64,000 nt of DNA, from positions 3,962 to 67,961 of the IMG/VR virus record IMGVR_UViG_3300013131_000042. The stretch is one strand, 5' to 3'. Shown here piece by piece: positions 26,766 to 37,600 of the stretch; positions within the stretch are counted from its first letter, which is position 1, and each line of letters starts with the position of its first letter. Origin of the DNA: a virus. Made by a program: the position numbers and the translations under genes. Below the pieces are notes generated by a model. The model did not search any database. It was not told where the DNA came from and saw only the letters and a list, made by a program, of their open reading frames with translations.

Positions 26766-28060
26766 TGGCCATCATCCGTGAATACCAACAGGTCTATGCT
26801 CCGCAGGTCTTCTTGAAATCTCTCAACCAGATTTCAGGAGACATTATTGCGAACATGATTGACTTTGAGTTCACGGAAGATCCGCAAAAGATGAACTTGG
26901 TCACGCTACGTATCGCAGATCCAGATTTTGTGTTCACAAACGACAAACGCTTTCAGCAGGGCGTTGGCTACGAGATGCGCTGGGGTTATCTAACCGACCT
27001 TAGCGCCGTCGAGCGTTTTGTTGCCTCTCGAATTACTTTCAGTTTTCCTGACGCAAACAACATGCCTGTTATTACTTTACAGGCTAGTGGTTTTGAGAAA
27101 CTGATGAATTTGACAGGCAATCCGCTCAACTACGGTCCTGTGGCTTCTAGTGAAGTTGCAGCAAAGATTGCAGAGCGGTACAGTTTAAAAGCGGTAATTG
27201 AGCCATCTAAAGATGCCCGTAAGCAAAACCGTATGCAGGGTGCGGATGTCACAGACTTCGAATTTTTGTCATCGTTGGCCAAGAAGCTGAGCTGGGAATT
27301 CTTTATTGAGCAGAACACGCTGTACTTTAGGCCGTTTAGTATCGACAACTATAGGTCTAACAACTTGAACTCCGAAGAGTTGGTGTTTTCGTATCGAGAT
27401 GATGCTACAGGAACTTTGCTCTCATTTGAGCCAGTTGTAAATAAAAAACCAGGTCTGATTGGAACCACTGGCACGGATATTCAAAAAGGAAAGCCAGCAC
27501 AGGCTGCGGTTCCCGCTGACCGGGATATTATCGGCGCTGCTTCTACCTCGGGTCAGGTGTGTACCTGGGGACAGAACATTAGCGAGGAAGAGCGCTTTGC
27601 GTGGATCGCGCAGCAAGAGGCGCTTCGTGGCGGAGGGTCTCGTCCAACACAGCCTCAGAACAAACGTGTCCCTGTGCGCTTTGCGACACCGGAGGAGTCG
27701 GACACCCTGATTCGGTCCAACGCAGAGGCGCTAGCGATTCACCTAAAGTTGAACACAGAGAAGGCGGAGGCTACCTTCGTAGGAAGTCCGCGCCTACGGG
27801 CGCGCAGAATTATTACAGTAAATAACGTAGGGCCGTACTCGGGGCAGTGGCTGATTACGGGTACCACGCACAAAATATCTGCGGACCATGGGTACACGGT
27901 CACTACCACGCTGTCTCGCGCTGCGGCAAAAGACCAGAAGAAGGCCAAAACAGGTCCGCCTGTGTCGTCGCAGGCTGAGGATAGACCAGTTTTCGGTTTT
28001 GGCAGTCCTACCGGAGATGTAGAGACACAGGGTGTGTTGCTGCAAGAGGATAAACGATGA
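26765..28060 (+). CDS. Baseplate hub (late control D/gp27-like)
   Basis: WGY, IAERY.L, Q..TDFEFL..LA, G.PRLRA...G.YSG.W.I...HKI..GY. Confidence 0.85.
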   Translation: MAIIREYQQVYAPQVFLKSLNQISGDIIANMIDFEFTEDPQKMNLVTLRIADPDFVFTNDKRFQQGVGYEMRWGYLTDLSAVERFVASRITFSFPDANNMPVITLQASGFEKLMNLTGNPLNYGPVASSEVAAKIAERYSLKAVIEPSKDARKQNRMQGADVTDFEFLSSLAKKLSWEFFIEQNTLYFRPFSIDNYRSNNLNSEELVFSYRDDATGTLLSFEPVVNKKPGLIGTTGTDIQKGKPAQAAVPADRDIIGAASTSGQVCTWGQNISEEERFAWIAQQEALRGGGSRPTQPQNKRVPVRFATPEESDTLIRSNAEALAIHLKLNTEKAEATFVGSPRLRARRIITVNNVGPYSGQWLITGTTHKISADHGYTVTTTLSRAAAKDQKKAKTGPPVSSQAEDRPVFGFGSPTGDVETQGVLLQEDKR

Positions 28061-28641
28061 GCGCGTACTTTGGTAAGTACAAAGGTTTCGTACGCGATAA
28101 TAACGACCCAGAGAACCGCGGTCGTTTACGTCTATTTTGCCCTCAAATTATGGGGTCGGATGATACCGCTACCTCTTGGTTAGGCTGGGCGGAACCGTGT
28201 CTTCCGTGGATTGGCGGCTTGCCGACGCTTGACTTTGGATCTCCGTACTCCCGGGGCCAGAATGGTGTAGACGAGATCGGTGTATGGGTTGAGTTCCAGG
28301 GCGGTAATCTGGACTTCCCCATCTGGACTGGCTGTTTCATCGTCGCCCCCACAGCGACCGACGCACGCGCACAGCTGGCGCTCACGAGCACGTCTGGCGC
28401 AGTGGGCGGCAGTATCATCGCCAACCCCGGCGGCTCTGACCTGGGCGCGCTGGACCCGCCCAAGCCGCAGATTGCGGACGAGACGCGCCTGCTCGTCAAG
28501 AAAGGTCGGGACATCGTCATCGGATCGCAAAGCGGCGGATTCATCATCATCGGCCCTTCTGGCGTACAGCTTTCCGGTGTACAGGTGACCATCAACGGGA
28601 AGCTGTTCGACGCACTGAGCGGCGAGAACTACTCAGGCTGA
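28057..28641 (+). CDS. Baseplate spike (gp5/gpV OB-fold)
   Basis: YFGKYKG.V.DNNDPE.RGRL...WAEPC...VWVEF.GG..DFPIW.G. Confidence 0.88.
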   Translation: MSAYFGKYKGFVRDNNDPENRGRLRLFCPQIMGSDDTATSWLGWAEPCLPWIGGLPTLDFGSPYSRGQNGVDEIGVWVEFQGGNLDFPIWTGCFIVAPTATDARAQLALTSTSGAVGGSIIANPGGSDLGALDPPKPQIADETRLLVKKGRDIVIGSQSGGFIIIGPSGVQLSGVQVTINGKLFDALSGENYSG

Positions 28642-28651
28642 AGAGGACTCT

Positions 28652-29488
28652 ATGGGCCGTTATGTCTGCGTCACTCCATGTCTTACGCCGCCCCTACTTA
28701 CAGGGCTGACCATCCCTATCCCCCTGGGTGGCGCGGGGAAGTTGACCACTAGCGGCAACCTTAGTTTCAGTGCGGACTGTAACGGTTGTAAGGCGACCAC
28801 GGAAGTTCTTCTGAAACTAGAGCCTGCGCTGGCTGGCATTGATCCGTTCCTCGACCTGATTGGCTGCGTTGCCGCGGCCATCAAGATGCTCAAAGAGATC
28901 CCAAACGCCATTCTGACGTTGGATGCTTCAGCCCTTCTTGACCTGCTGTCGGAGTTGCTTGGCAAGTGCCAGAAGTACATCACGCTGGGTACGTTCCCTG
29001 GCGCGCTCGTGTGCGAGTTCGCAAATTTCACAGACAAGACGTTGAAGCTCATTCGTGCTGCGTTGCTGTGTTTTAACGGGCTTCTAACCTCAGCTCTCAC
29101 ACTAAACATCAACGCAGTAATTCTGCTGGGCGATGTAAATCCGCAGATTCGCCGAAATGGTGAGTGTCTGGCTGCGCGTATTCAACGAAACCTTACTACC
29201 TTGAATACTCGTGCCTCAGTGCTCTCTGACCTCATTGCGGCGCTCCAGGTCATCTTTGATCTGCTAGGTATTGCAGGTCTCTCCTTCGATGACATCAAGA
29301 ACGCGGCTTCGGCGTTCACGGCGTTCCTGCAGTCTGCTGTGCCCAGTGTCCCGGAGGACTTGCAGGCGTATATCCAGCAAGCGGTGGATGCCACGACTGA
29401 GTTCGAGCAAGCGCTCAAGTTCACCACGGATAACATCACCGGTCCCACTGTCGTAGTTTGCCAGACCACGGGGTTCATTCCAGTATGA
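28652..29488 (+). CDS. Hypothetical Cys-containing helical protein in baseplate cluster
   Basis: GAGGA SD; hydrophobic helical sequence between spike and gp25. Confidence 0.6.
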   Translation: MGRYVCVTPCLTPPLLTGLTIPIPLGGAGKLTTSGNLSFSADCNGCKATTEVLLKLEPALAGIDPFLDLIGCVAAAIKMLKEIPNAILTLDASALLDLLSELLGKCQKYITLGTFPGALVCEFANFTDKTLKLIRAALLCFNGLLTSALTLNINAVILLGDVNPQIRRNGECLAARIQRNLTTLNTRASVLSDLIAALQVIFDLLGIAGLSFDDIKNAASAFTAFLQSAVPSVPEDLQAYIQQAVDATTEFEQALKFTTDNITGPTVVVCQTTGFIPV

Positions 29489-29907
29489 GTAGCCTACAGG
29501 GATTTCTGAACACGTTCGGCAGAGGCCCGGCTTACCCGATTCGGTTTGACCCATCGGCGAGCCGTTTTCGCATTTCGCGGGACGAGCAGATTGTGAAGGA
29601 CTCGATTGCGCAGATTATCAGCACTGATATCAGCGAGAGACCTTACCTGCTCAAGAATGGCCAACCATACGGTACGCGTCTTCGGCAGACGCTGTTCAGC
29701 GGGGCAGCGGCGGTAGAGGCGGCGGCCCCGTTTGAGATTGCAAGAGCGCTCGATATCTGGGAACCGCGCGTGGCTGACGTGTCTGTATCCGCGTCCTCTC
29801 AGCCTTCGGGCAGTGGCACGCAGGTCAACATCTTCGTCTCGTTCAGGTATCGAGCCTCTAATCGCTCCGATAACCTCGTCTACCCGTTCTTCGTAGCTAC
29901 GTTGTGA
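29485..29907 (+). CDS. Baseplate wedge/sheath initiator (gp25/GPW)
   Basis: G.AYPIRF...SI..I..T...ER....YG..L...WEPRV...NLVYPF. Confidence 0.9.
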   Translation: MSSLQGFLNTFGRGPAYPIRFDPSASRFRISRDEQIVKDSIAQIISTDISERPYLLKNGQPYGTRLRQTLFSGAAAVEAAAPFEIARALDIWEPRVADVSVSASSQPSGSGTQVNIFVSFRYRASNRSDNLVYPFFVATL

Positions 29908-29914
29908 GGCTGTA

Positions 29915-32071
29915 ATGGCTGCTGGCGCACCGAACTCTCCTGTATTCAACTACACCAGTCTTGATTTCTCCACAGTCAAGTCGGACTTGATTCGGTACGC
30001 CCAGTCGCGTTTTCCGGACGAGCTGTGGACGGATTTTAACGACAGCAACTTCGGCACGTATTTGCTCGACATGATGGCGTACTCGACGGACCTGCTGTCG
30101 TACGCCATCAATGCACAGGTGCTGGAGACGCTGCCGCTGACTGCCGTACGCGAACAGAATATGATTAACATCGGTAAGACGCTGTCTTACCAACTGCGCA
30201 GTGCGACGGCTGCCACGGGTCAGGTTACGCTAGCACTGACGGGTGTCGGAGCGTTCACGATCTCCGAACACCTACAGTTTTCTACGTCTGATAATATTAT
30301 CTTCCAGCCCGTCAATAACGTCCCTGTCGGCGTGGGCGTGACCTCTGTCACCCTGGACGTGGTGGCTGGACGCGAGATTTATCTGGAGACGCTCGGACTG
30401 GCGGACGGTACGCAAGCCGAGTCTTTCCAGCTGTCGCAGACTGCTGTTATTGACGGCACTATCTTTGTGTTTGTGAACTCTGTGCTGTACACGGAGACTC
30501 AGAACATCGTGCTCGCGGGGTCTGGCGCCCAAGTCTACGTCCGTACGGTCGATGACAGTGGGTTCACGACGATTACGTTCGGAGACGGCCAGAACGGCAC
30601 GCTGCTGCCGTTGTCCGCCACCGTCGAAGCGACGTACAAGGTTGGCGGTGGACTATCGAGCACGGTAGCGGCGGGTGCAATTACTAACGTCGCTGGTGAC
30701 TCCACGGGTGCGCCAATCCCGACACAGATTATTAGCGTGTTGAATACCTCCGCCACTACGGGAGGCGGTCCGGCCACGACGTTGACCCAGGCGCGGCAGG
30801 AGCTACCGCTTACGGTCAAGGCGAACGACCGCGCAGTGACTTCGCAAGACTACGCAACCTTCGCCTCATTGGTTACCGGTGTACAGCGCGTCTCTGCGGT
30901 ATCGGGTGTGCTCGTGGGAGGTTCTGCCCCTGTGCTGCTGTTTGTCGTACCGAGCGGTGGCGCCTCGGTAGACCCGCCACAAGGGCCGTCTGCCTCGCTC
31001 AAGACGGATATCCTGACGGCCTTGGCGCCAAAGAAGATGCTGAACAAGCGCATTCAGGTGCTTGGCCCTGTGTACGCTCGGATGCAGATTGACGTAGATG
31101 TGTACGTCCTTGCGGGCTCTTCTGCAGACGTGGTGTACCAGCAGGTGGTGGCAGCGCTCAAGCGTCGGTACGACCCAGGCGTCTCGACCTTCGGCGAATT
31201 CATGGGCCTGCAGGATGCCTATGACACGCTCAGCCCTGCCACGAACCCGGGCGTAGGCCGTGTCGTTTACCGCAAGTTCACGGTGCAGGCGTACGGCGCA
31301 GCCTACGTAAACCGCACGCCTACGGGTACGGGGGATATCGAGTGGATTGTAACCGACCCTGAGACGGCGGATAGGCGCGAATGGAACGTGCTTTTTACGT
31401 CAGCCACTACTTTCCAAGTGCGCGAGCGCTGGCCCGGACGCTTGTCGCGAGTCGAGAGCACTGTCGTATTCGATGACCAAGCCAGCTATCCCGATAACTT
31501 CTTTACGGTCGGCGACTTCGTGCTGCGGCCTCGTCCAGAGGAAAACAGCACGTTCTACCCCGTGCTTGGCAATGACGCCCAGGCTATTACCGTAAGTGGT
31601 AATATCGGAGGGGATGCTGTGCCGGGTGATCCGTACGTGGTTGAGCGGCTCGCCTTCACCACCGGAAAGGTGCTGTCCACGACGTTGACCGCGGATGCCT
31701 CAGCGACCACAACGTTGACGGTGGCCAGCACGGCGGGCTTTGTGGCAGGCGACAAGGTGGTTGTGCGCGACAGCCTCACGGCCACGGCTTCGTACGTTAC
31801 CGCCGCGGTGGTTAACGTCGCGTCGGCCACCTCTATCGTTCTCGACACAGCAGTTACCGCAACTACAGGCTGGTACCTGAGTGCACGCTGGGAAGCGCCG
31901 GATGGTTCTGTGACCTTTGCAGTCGACGCGGGCAGCACGGCGTTCATCATGGGTGACCAGCTGTACGTCGATACCTACGAGCCTACGGACGACATCCAGC
32001 TACGGCCCGAAAACTTCCCCGTGTTGTTTGACAGCGGTCTTACGGTGCGCGTCATTGGTGGGGTGCGCTGA
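29915..32071 (+). CDS. Baseplate wedge protein (gp6/J-like)
   Basis: NYTSLDF...WTDFN.S.FG..L, FGDG.NG, GGG, RAVT..DY. Confidence 0.9.
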   Translation: MAAGAPNSPVFNYTSLDFSTVKSDLIRYAQSRFPDELWTDFNDSNFGTYLLDMMAYSTDLLSYAINAQVLETLPLTAVREQNMINIGKTLSYQLRSATAATGQVTLALTGVGAFTISEHLQFSTSDNIIFQPVNNVPVGVGVTSVTLDVVAGREIYLETLGLADGTQAESFQLSQTAVIDGTIFVFVNSVLYTETQNIVLAGSGAQVYVRTVDDSGFTTITFGDGQNGTLLPLSATVEATYKVGGGLSSTVAAGAITNVAGDSTGAPIPTQIISVLNTSATTGGGPATTLTQARQELPLTVKANDRAVTSQDYATFASLVTGVQRVSAVSGVLVGGSAPVLLFVVPSGGASVDPPQGPSASLKTDILTALAPKKMLNKRIQVLGPVYARMQIDVDVYVLAGSSADVVYQQVVAALKRRYDPGVSTFGEFMGLQDAYDTLSPATNPGVGRVVYRKFTVQAYGAAYVNRTPTGTGDIEWIVTDPETADRREWNVLFTSATTFQVRERWPGRLSRVESTVVFDDQASYPDNFFTVGDFVLRPRPEENSTFYPVLGNDAQAITVSGNIGGDAVPGDPYVVERLAFTTGKVLSTTLTADASATTTLTVASTAGFVAGDKVVVRDSLTATASYVTAAVVNVASATSIVLDTAVTATTGWYLSARWEAPDGSVTFAVDAGSTAFIMGDQLYVDTYEPTDDIQLRPENFPVLFDSGLTVRVIGGVR

Positions 32072-34620
32072 TGGCTTTTACGCTTACGTTAGCGTCGATG
32101 CCCGCACAGCGTCAGCTTTTGCTGACGTTTAACACGAACGTGCAGACCATCGTGCCTGCGGGCACTGCTGCGTACGACATCAACTCGTACACGCTGTCGA
32201 ATAACGCCTCGGTTACGGCTGTTGTACAGATTAGTGCTAACACTATTCTGCTGTACACGACGGAGCTGCAGAGCGTCATCAATTACAGAGTGACAGTCAC
32301 GGGAGCGCTCACAAACACGTTGGGCGACCCGCTGACGGTGCGCACGGCTGTCTTCGTGTCCTACACGCTGACGCCGCCGTACGTGGTGGCCAGCCTCGTG
32401 GCTAGCTCTGGACCGCGCGGGCGACGCGTCGACCTGCGGTGGGAGAATCCTGCGGGCGTCGATGCTATCCGCATTATCAGAACGCTGCGTAGCTGGCCGT
32501 TTGACTTCACGGAGCCGACGCCGGGGGCTGTTACGGTATTCGAGGACCTCTCTTCTGCAGAGTTCTTCAGTGACGTAGGACTTGGCTATGTGGCGGTGCT
32601 GGCTGCGAATACTGTAGTCGGTGTTGCAACCGTCTCGGTTCCGTCTTCCTATCTTTTTAATCCAGGTGATACTGTTCAACTGGTGTCCGTAGACGGACCG
32701 TACCTTGAGGAGACGAAAGTCATTCTCTCTGTCGGCGTAGGAAGTCTTACGTTTACTACGCCACTCGCGCAGGTTTTCTTGGCGGGCTCTCACATCGGAT
32801 ATCCGGAGCCGTTGAATGAACAGACGTACTATTACTACACCGTGTTGGTGAGTAATGCGGGACCGCTCGCACTGACTGCCTATGACCTCACGGATGCTAG
32901 CAGGGCCTACGCACTCTCAGTTGCTGTGTATAATTCGAAGGATAATTTCCTTTGGCCAAACACGCCTGCTATCTATCGCGAGATGGATGCGCTACCTGTT
33001 GCACAGGGCGGCGGCGGCGGCACGCTCGACAAACTTTACGAAGTGATGGGCGGGTGGTTGAACGTCATGCGAGGCAACGCCAACGCGATTGCGCTGCGCA
33101 ATGACCCAGATATGGCGCCCATTGACGCCCTCATTGCGGCGAACTCAGCGCTGGGCTTCTCTGGTGAAGGCCAGACGTATGACTTCGACGCGCTGCGACG
33201 CACCTTCTCCAGCATTACATCTGTCTATAAAAAGAGAGGGTCGTGCCCCGGTGTACAGCAACTGGCGCAGTTGCTTGTTCGCTGGGCCGTCGTCTGTGTG
33301 GAGTTCGGACAGGGTAACTGCATTGGCCTGACCAACATGAAGACGTGGGACGGCACGTCTGAGCTGGATACCGGGGAAGACTCGGTGACGAATGCCATCA
33401 CGCAGGTGGTGATCTCGGCCGCAGGCTCGGCGGTCATCACTGACCCTGAGAAGGGCACGCCTGTGCCTCCCGTGCCGTGGGATGTGGTCAACCGCTGGGC
33501 ACGAGGTAAGGCGCGCGACAGCATGGGCAACGTCGTCTGTGTCGCGAACAGCGGCTACATTGCAGGCGTTGCAGGGACGCTGACCACGCAAGACCTGTAC
33601 GCGTACGTGCAGCTGGCTGCACCTGTGCTGGTGGGCGCCACGACCATTGTGGTTGACGATATCCGTGGCTTTCAGCCAGGGCAACGTATTCAGCTTGTTA
33701 ATAACGTTCCGTATGCGCCTAACGCGTACCGCTCAGAGATTGTCGATGTGGCAATCGGCGGCGTGAACGTTGCCACCAACACGATTACCCTGCGCCGTCC
33801 TACGCAGTACGCCTACGCGTCTAGTTCACGTGTCAGCCTGCAGACCACCATCTTCCGGAAGGAGTTTGAGGGTTTGGCTACGGCGGTAGGTGTGTCCACC
33901 CTGACGGATAGCAACGCCCTCTGGGTGGAGAATCAGTGGATCGGATACAAGCTGCTGTACATTGACGGCGTGGTGCGGACCATCGTCAGCAACACGAGCC
34001 AAGTGCTGACGGTTACGGGCGCTCCAATGGCCGCGTCTGGCTCGAACGACTACCGCATCGCCTACGGCTTTTCGGCAGGCACGTTCAGCACGGCGACGGC
34101 CTACTTGCGGTACTACGTCGGCAACGGCGTCCACACGGACATCTTCGAGCCGACCTGGAGCGTGAAGCTCGTGGCGGAACCGAATGACCCGCGTAACCGT
34201 CTCTGGCAGGGGCCTGGGTCGACTCTTCTTGGAGCCTGGGGACCCACGGATGCAGGTATTTACGTGACCAGTACATCACAGGGTGGTGGTCTGGGCGTCG
34301 TGGCGCGTGGCAAAGAGGGGTCGGTCGGGCTTCAAAAGAGCAAGCTGGTACTGGACCCTATTGGCTACCGAAACCCAGGAACGCCATCTTTGGTCGGATA
34401 TTATCTGAACCCCAACCAAAACCAGACGACCTTTTTTGAGATCCTGATCGACAACGGCACGAGCCTTGTGGTCGCGGGTGATATTTCCTCGTTCGTGGTC
34501 TCAGGCCAGCCTTACTATGTGCTATCCAAGCGTGACATGAACCGTTTCTTGGCCCTGCAAAAACGGGTCTTTTACGAGTTCACCGACACTGACGTTCGGC
34601 CCCGACTCCTCCTGGTGTAA
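32071..34620 (+). CDS. Baseplate wedge/tail protein I-like (gp7-like) with FN3-like domain
   Basis: P.IYREMD...DPD.AP...YKKRGS..GV tail-I-like segment; W.NP...YYYTV FN3-like segment. Confidence 0.7.
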   Translation: MAFTLTLASMPAQRQLLLTFNTNVQTIVPAGTAAYDINSYTLSNNASVTAVVQISANTILLYTTELQSVINYRVTVTGALTNTLGDPLTVRTAVFVSYTLTPPYVVASLVASSGPRGRRVDLRWENPAGVDAIRIIRTLRSWPFDFTEPTPGAVTVFEDLSSAEFFSDVGLGYVAVLAANTVVGVATVSVPSSYLFNPGDTVQLVSVDGPYLEETKVILSVGVGSLTFTTPLAQVFLAGSHIGYPEPLNEQTYYYYTVLVSNAGPLALTAYDLTDASRAYALSVAVYNSKDNFLWPNTPAIYREMDALPVAQGGGGGTLDKLYEVMGGWLNVMRGNANAIALRNDPDMAPIDALIAANSALGFSGEGQTYDFDALRRTFSSITSVYKKRGSCPGVQQLAQLLVRWAVVCVEFGQGNCIGLTNMKTWDGTSELDTGEDSVTNAITQVVISAAGSAVITDPEKGTPVPPVPWDVVNRWARGKARDSMGNVVCVANSGYIAGVAGTLTTQDLYAYVQLAAPVLVGATTIVVDDIRGFQPGQRIQLVNNVPYAPNAYRSEIVDVAIGGVNVATNTITLRRPTQYAYASSSRVSLQTTIFRKEFEGLATAVGVSTLTDSNALWVENQWIGYKLLYIDGVVRTIVSNTSQVLTVTGAPMAASGSNDYRIAYGFSAGTFSTATAYLRYYVGNGVHTDIFEPTWSVKLVAEPNDPRNRLWQGPGSTLLGAWGPTDAGIYVTSTSQGGGLGVVARGKEGSVGLQKSKLVLDPIGYRNPGTPSLVGYYLNPNQNQTTFFEILIDNGTSLVVAGDISSFVVSGQPYYVLSKRDMNRFLALQKRVFYEFTDTDVRPRLLLV

Positions 34621-34622
34621 AT

Positions 34623-37600
34623 ATGGCTGACATTACCAAAGACTCGTTTAACGAAGCAAATGATTTCACCAAGGTCGTGTTCCAGCGTGGACGCGACCTT
34701 ATGGACTTCGAACTCAACGAGTTCCAGGACATCCTCCGCGTGTTCTCGGCGCGTCTGGGGCAGGTAGGTGTCGGGCTGTGGCAGGCAGCGGCCTCCATCA
34801 GCTATCCGTACTCTTCGGACAACGGCCTGGAAGTCGTAGTGTCGCCGACCTCTACGCCGAACGAGGTGCAGATTAACGCAGGCACGTTCATCGTGGACGG
34901 TATCGTCCAGGACTACCTGCTGCCCACGACGTTCGTGCTGCCCGCTCCGGCCGGGACTATCCAGTACGACATCGTGTACATCGCGGTGGTCGAGAGCGAG
35001 GTTGCTGACCCCAACGCGGTGCCGCAGATTGGCCCCACGACGGTGCGTCGCCAGTTGACCACGACGGTGCTGACCTACCGCACGGCGTCGCTGCCGTTCG
35101 ACCCGTCGTTCCCCGTGAACCCTGCGACGTGGCTGTGGCAGGGGCAGACTCGGTACTACCCGATTGCTGTGGTTACGCGCCCCGCGCTGACTGCGGTGGT
35201 TACGGCCGCAGACATTCTCGACCTTCGCCGTCAGACGCCTTCTCGCACGCTCGCTGAGGCGGCACGGGTTGCGGACTTCAAGCTGGAAGCGCTCATCACG
35301 CCCTCGCTTGAGACGCCAGTGCGCGATGTCAACGGTATCGATAACCAGCTGATTGTTGACATTAACAAGAACAATAGCGCAAGCCTTATCGCACTGAACG
35401 ACGTGCTGACCGTTCGTTCGCGACAGCAGAGCGGCTCTGCGCAGACGATGGCGACGCTTACGCGCTACGCCACGACCACGACAGGTGTCGCGGGACGGCT
35501 CGCGCTCGGTACGAACTACGCGCTCTACGGTACGTCGACGCTCCGTCTCCAGGACGATAACATCGTCAACACTGGCTACCCTGCCCCTGTCACCGACAAG
35601 TTCGTGCGCCTCTCCTCGACCGCGAACGGAGCCTCTGTTCTCCGTATCGGCGAGCAGGGTGCTGTTGTCCAGAACACGACGCTGGCGCTGAGTTCTCAGA
35701 ACCTGCTGAAGTCGATTAACGGCCGTGTTCACGTGTCTGTCGGCGACGGCACTGTGTCGTTTGGTGACTTCAACGGAAGCAACGCCATCCAGCTGGCCAT
35801 GGACTTCTACGTCGCGGCAGTGGCCGCAGGTGCCGTCATCGGCTCTTACGAGATTGACGTAAAGCGCGGCACGTACGTTATTGCTTCGACGATCAACATC
35901 CCCGTAAATTCGGTTATCACGCTGACGGGAGATAATGCCCGCTCAACTGTGGTGCAGGTGCTGCTTGCAGCAGGCAGCGGTTTTGCCCTGCTGACCAACT
36001 CTGCTGTGGAGTTTAGGCGTCTGCAGGTCGAGGGTGGCGGAAGCACGACGGCCCTCGTGTCGGTTGGCTCGGGCGTATCGTTTATCACCGAAGACTGTAT
36101 TTTCGAAGCCGCCAGCTTTGGTGTTGTGGTGCAGGGGGCAACCTCCCTGCTGTTCATGCGTACGCTGTTCCGCGCATCTCCAGGTGTTGCGGATACGCCG
36201 CTTGTTCAGCTGCGCGTGGGCGCCACGGTCTCCGGCGGAGACTATGTCTTCAAGGACTGCGGATTCTACACGCAGGGCACGAACGACATTCCCATCGTGC
36301 GCGTGCAGGGCTCGGGGTCTTACGCCACGTCGAGCAGCATTCGATCGGTACAGTTTATCGGATGCTCTGCGGCGCTTGGTGGCGGCATCAACACAGGGTC
36401 TGCGTTTAACCCAAGCGCTGTAAATACCGGCTTGCTGGACTTTGTACCGAACGGCGCAAACATCAACAACGTTTACTCCAAGACTGGTGTGGATCGTGTC
36501 GTTATTCGTGACTGCTCGATTTCAGCCACTGCGACCGCAACCACTGACTGCCTGACGGCACTGCGCATCACGGCAAACCGCGTGGGCGATTTTAGCGGTA
36601 TCTTGTTCACGAGTGGTTTTCTCACCGTGGACTATCTGCAGATTACAGGCTTGACGGTCACAATCGATGGAACTACTGGTCTCAGTGCTGTAAACACGAT
36701 TAGTCCTGTCATTATCGGGCTGTATCACGCACACATTGATATTGAGGATGTCACGATCCAGAGTGTTACGTCGTCTGTAGGCGGCGCAAACAACGGCAAG
36801 ATTCCGTATGACGCTTACACGTACTTCACCCCTGACGGTGCAGTAGCTCCTGCGCCGAACACGGGCGCCAAAGCGCTCAACGCTATTGCGGGTGTCGAGT
36901 CCGCTGCTGTGGCAATTGCAAACCGCTGGTTTGGTGCGGTGCACTACGCACTCACGGAAATCGCAACGCGTAATCCGCAACCTACGACGCTCATCTCTAA
37001 CCTCCGTATCTTTGGTTTTGAGCGTGGCGGTACGTCGGTGCACAGCTGTGGCGGTGAGTTGCTGGTTCACGCATCGGGCACGTACGCGTACATCTCTGAC
37101 CTGGAGGTGTCGAACTACAAAAACTCTAGCGCTACGACGCGTCTATTTGCGCCAGAGAGCCGTGTGCGGCTTATGACCACGCGCGTGGAGATCAGCGGTG
37201 TTAACAAGCCAATTATGGATGCACGCCGCGTAAATATGACGGGCTATTACGCACGTCAAGGCGCTGTGGTGTCGCTCTCCATTACGAACCCCGGCAGTGG
37301 GTACACAGATGGTTTCTACGCCGGGTACGTGACTTCGGGCGCGGGCTCTGACCTGCGTGTAAATGCGCTCGTCCAGGGCGGCGTTGTGACACAGGTGCAA
37401 ATTGCCAATCCAGGGTACAACTGGACTGTGAGTAATGTTGTATCCGTTGTACTGCCCACAGGTACGGGAGCCCAGTTTACCGTCACTGCCGTGTCTCCAG
37501 CGTCGCAGTGGTTGTCTGGGTCTTCGTTTACAGGCGCCAGTGGTCAGCTGTCGTCGGTCAGCGATGCGGCCTACCTGCTCCTTTCGGACCGCACGACCAA

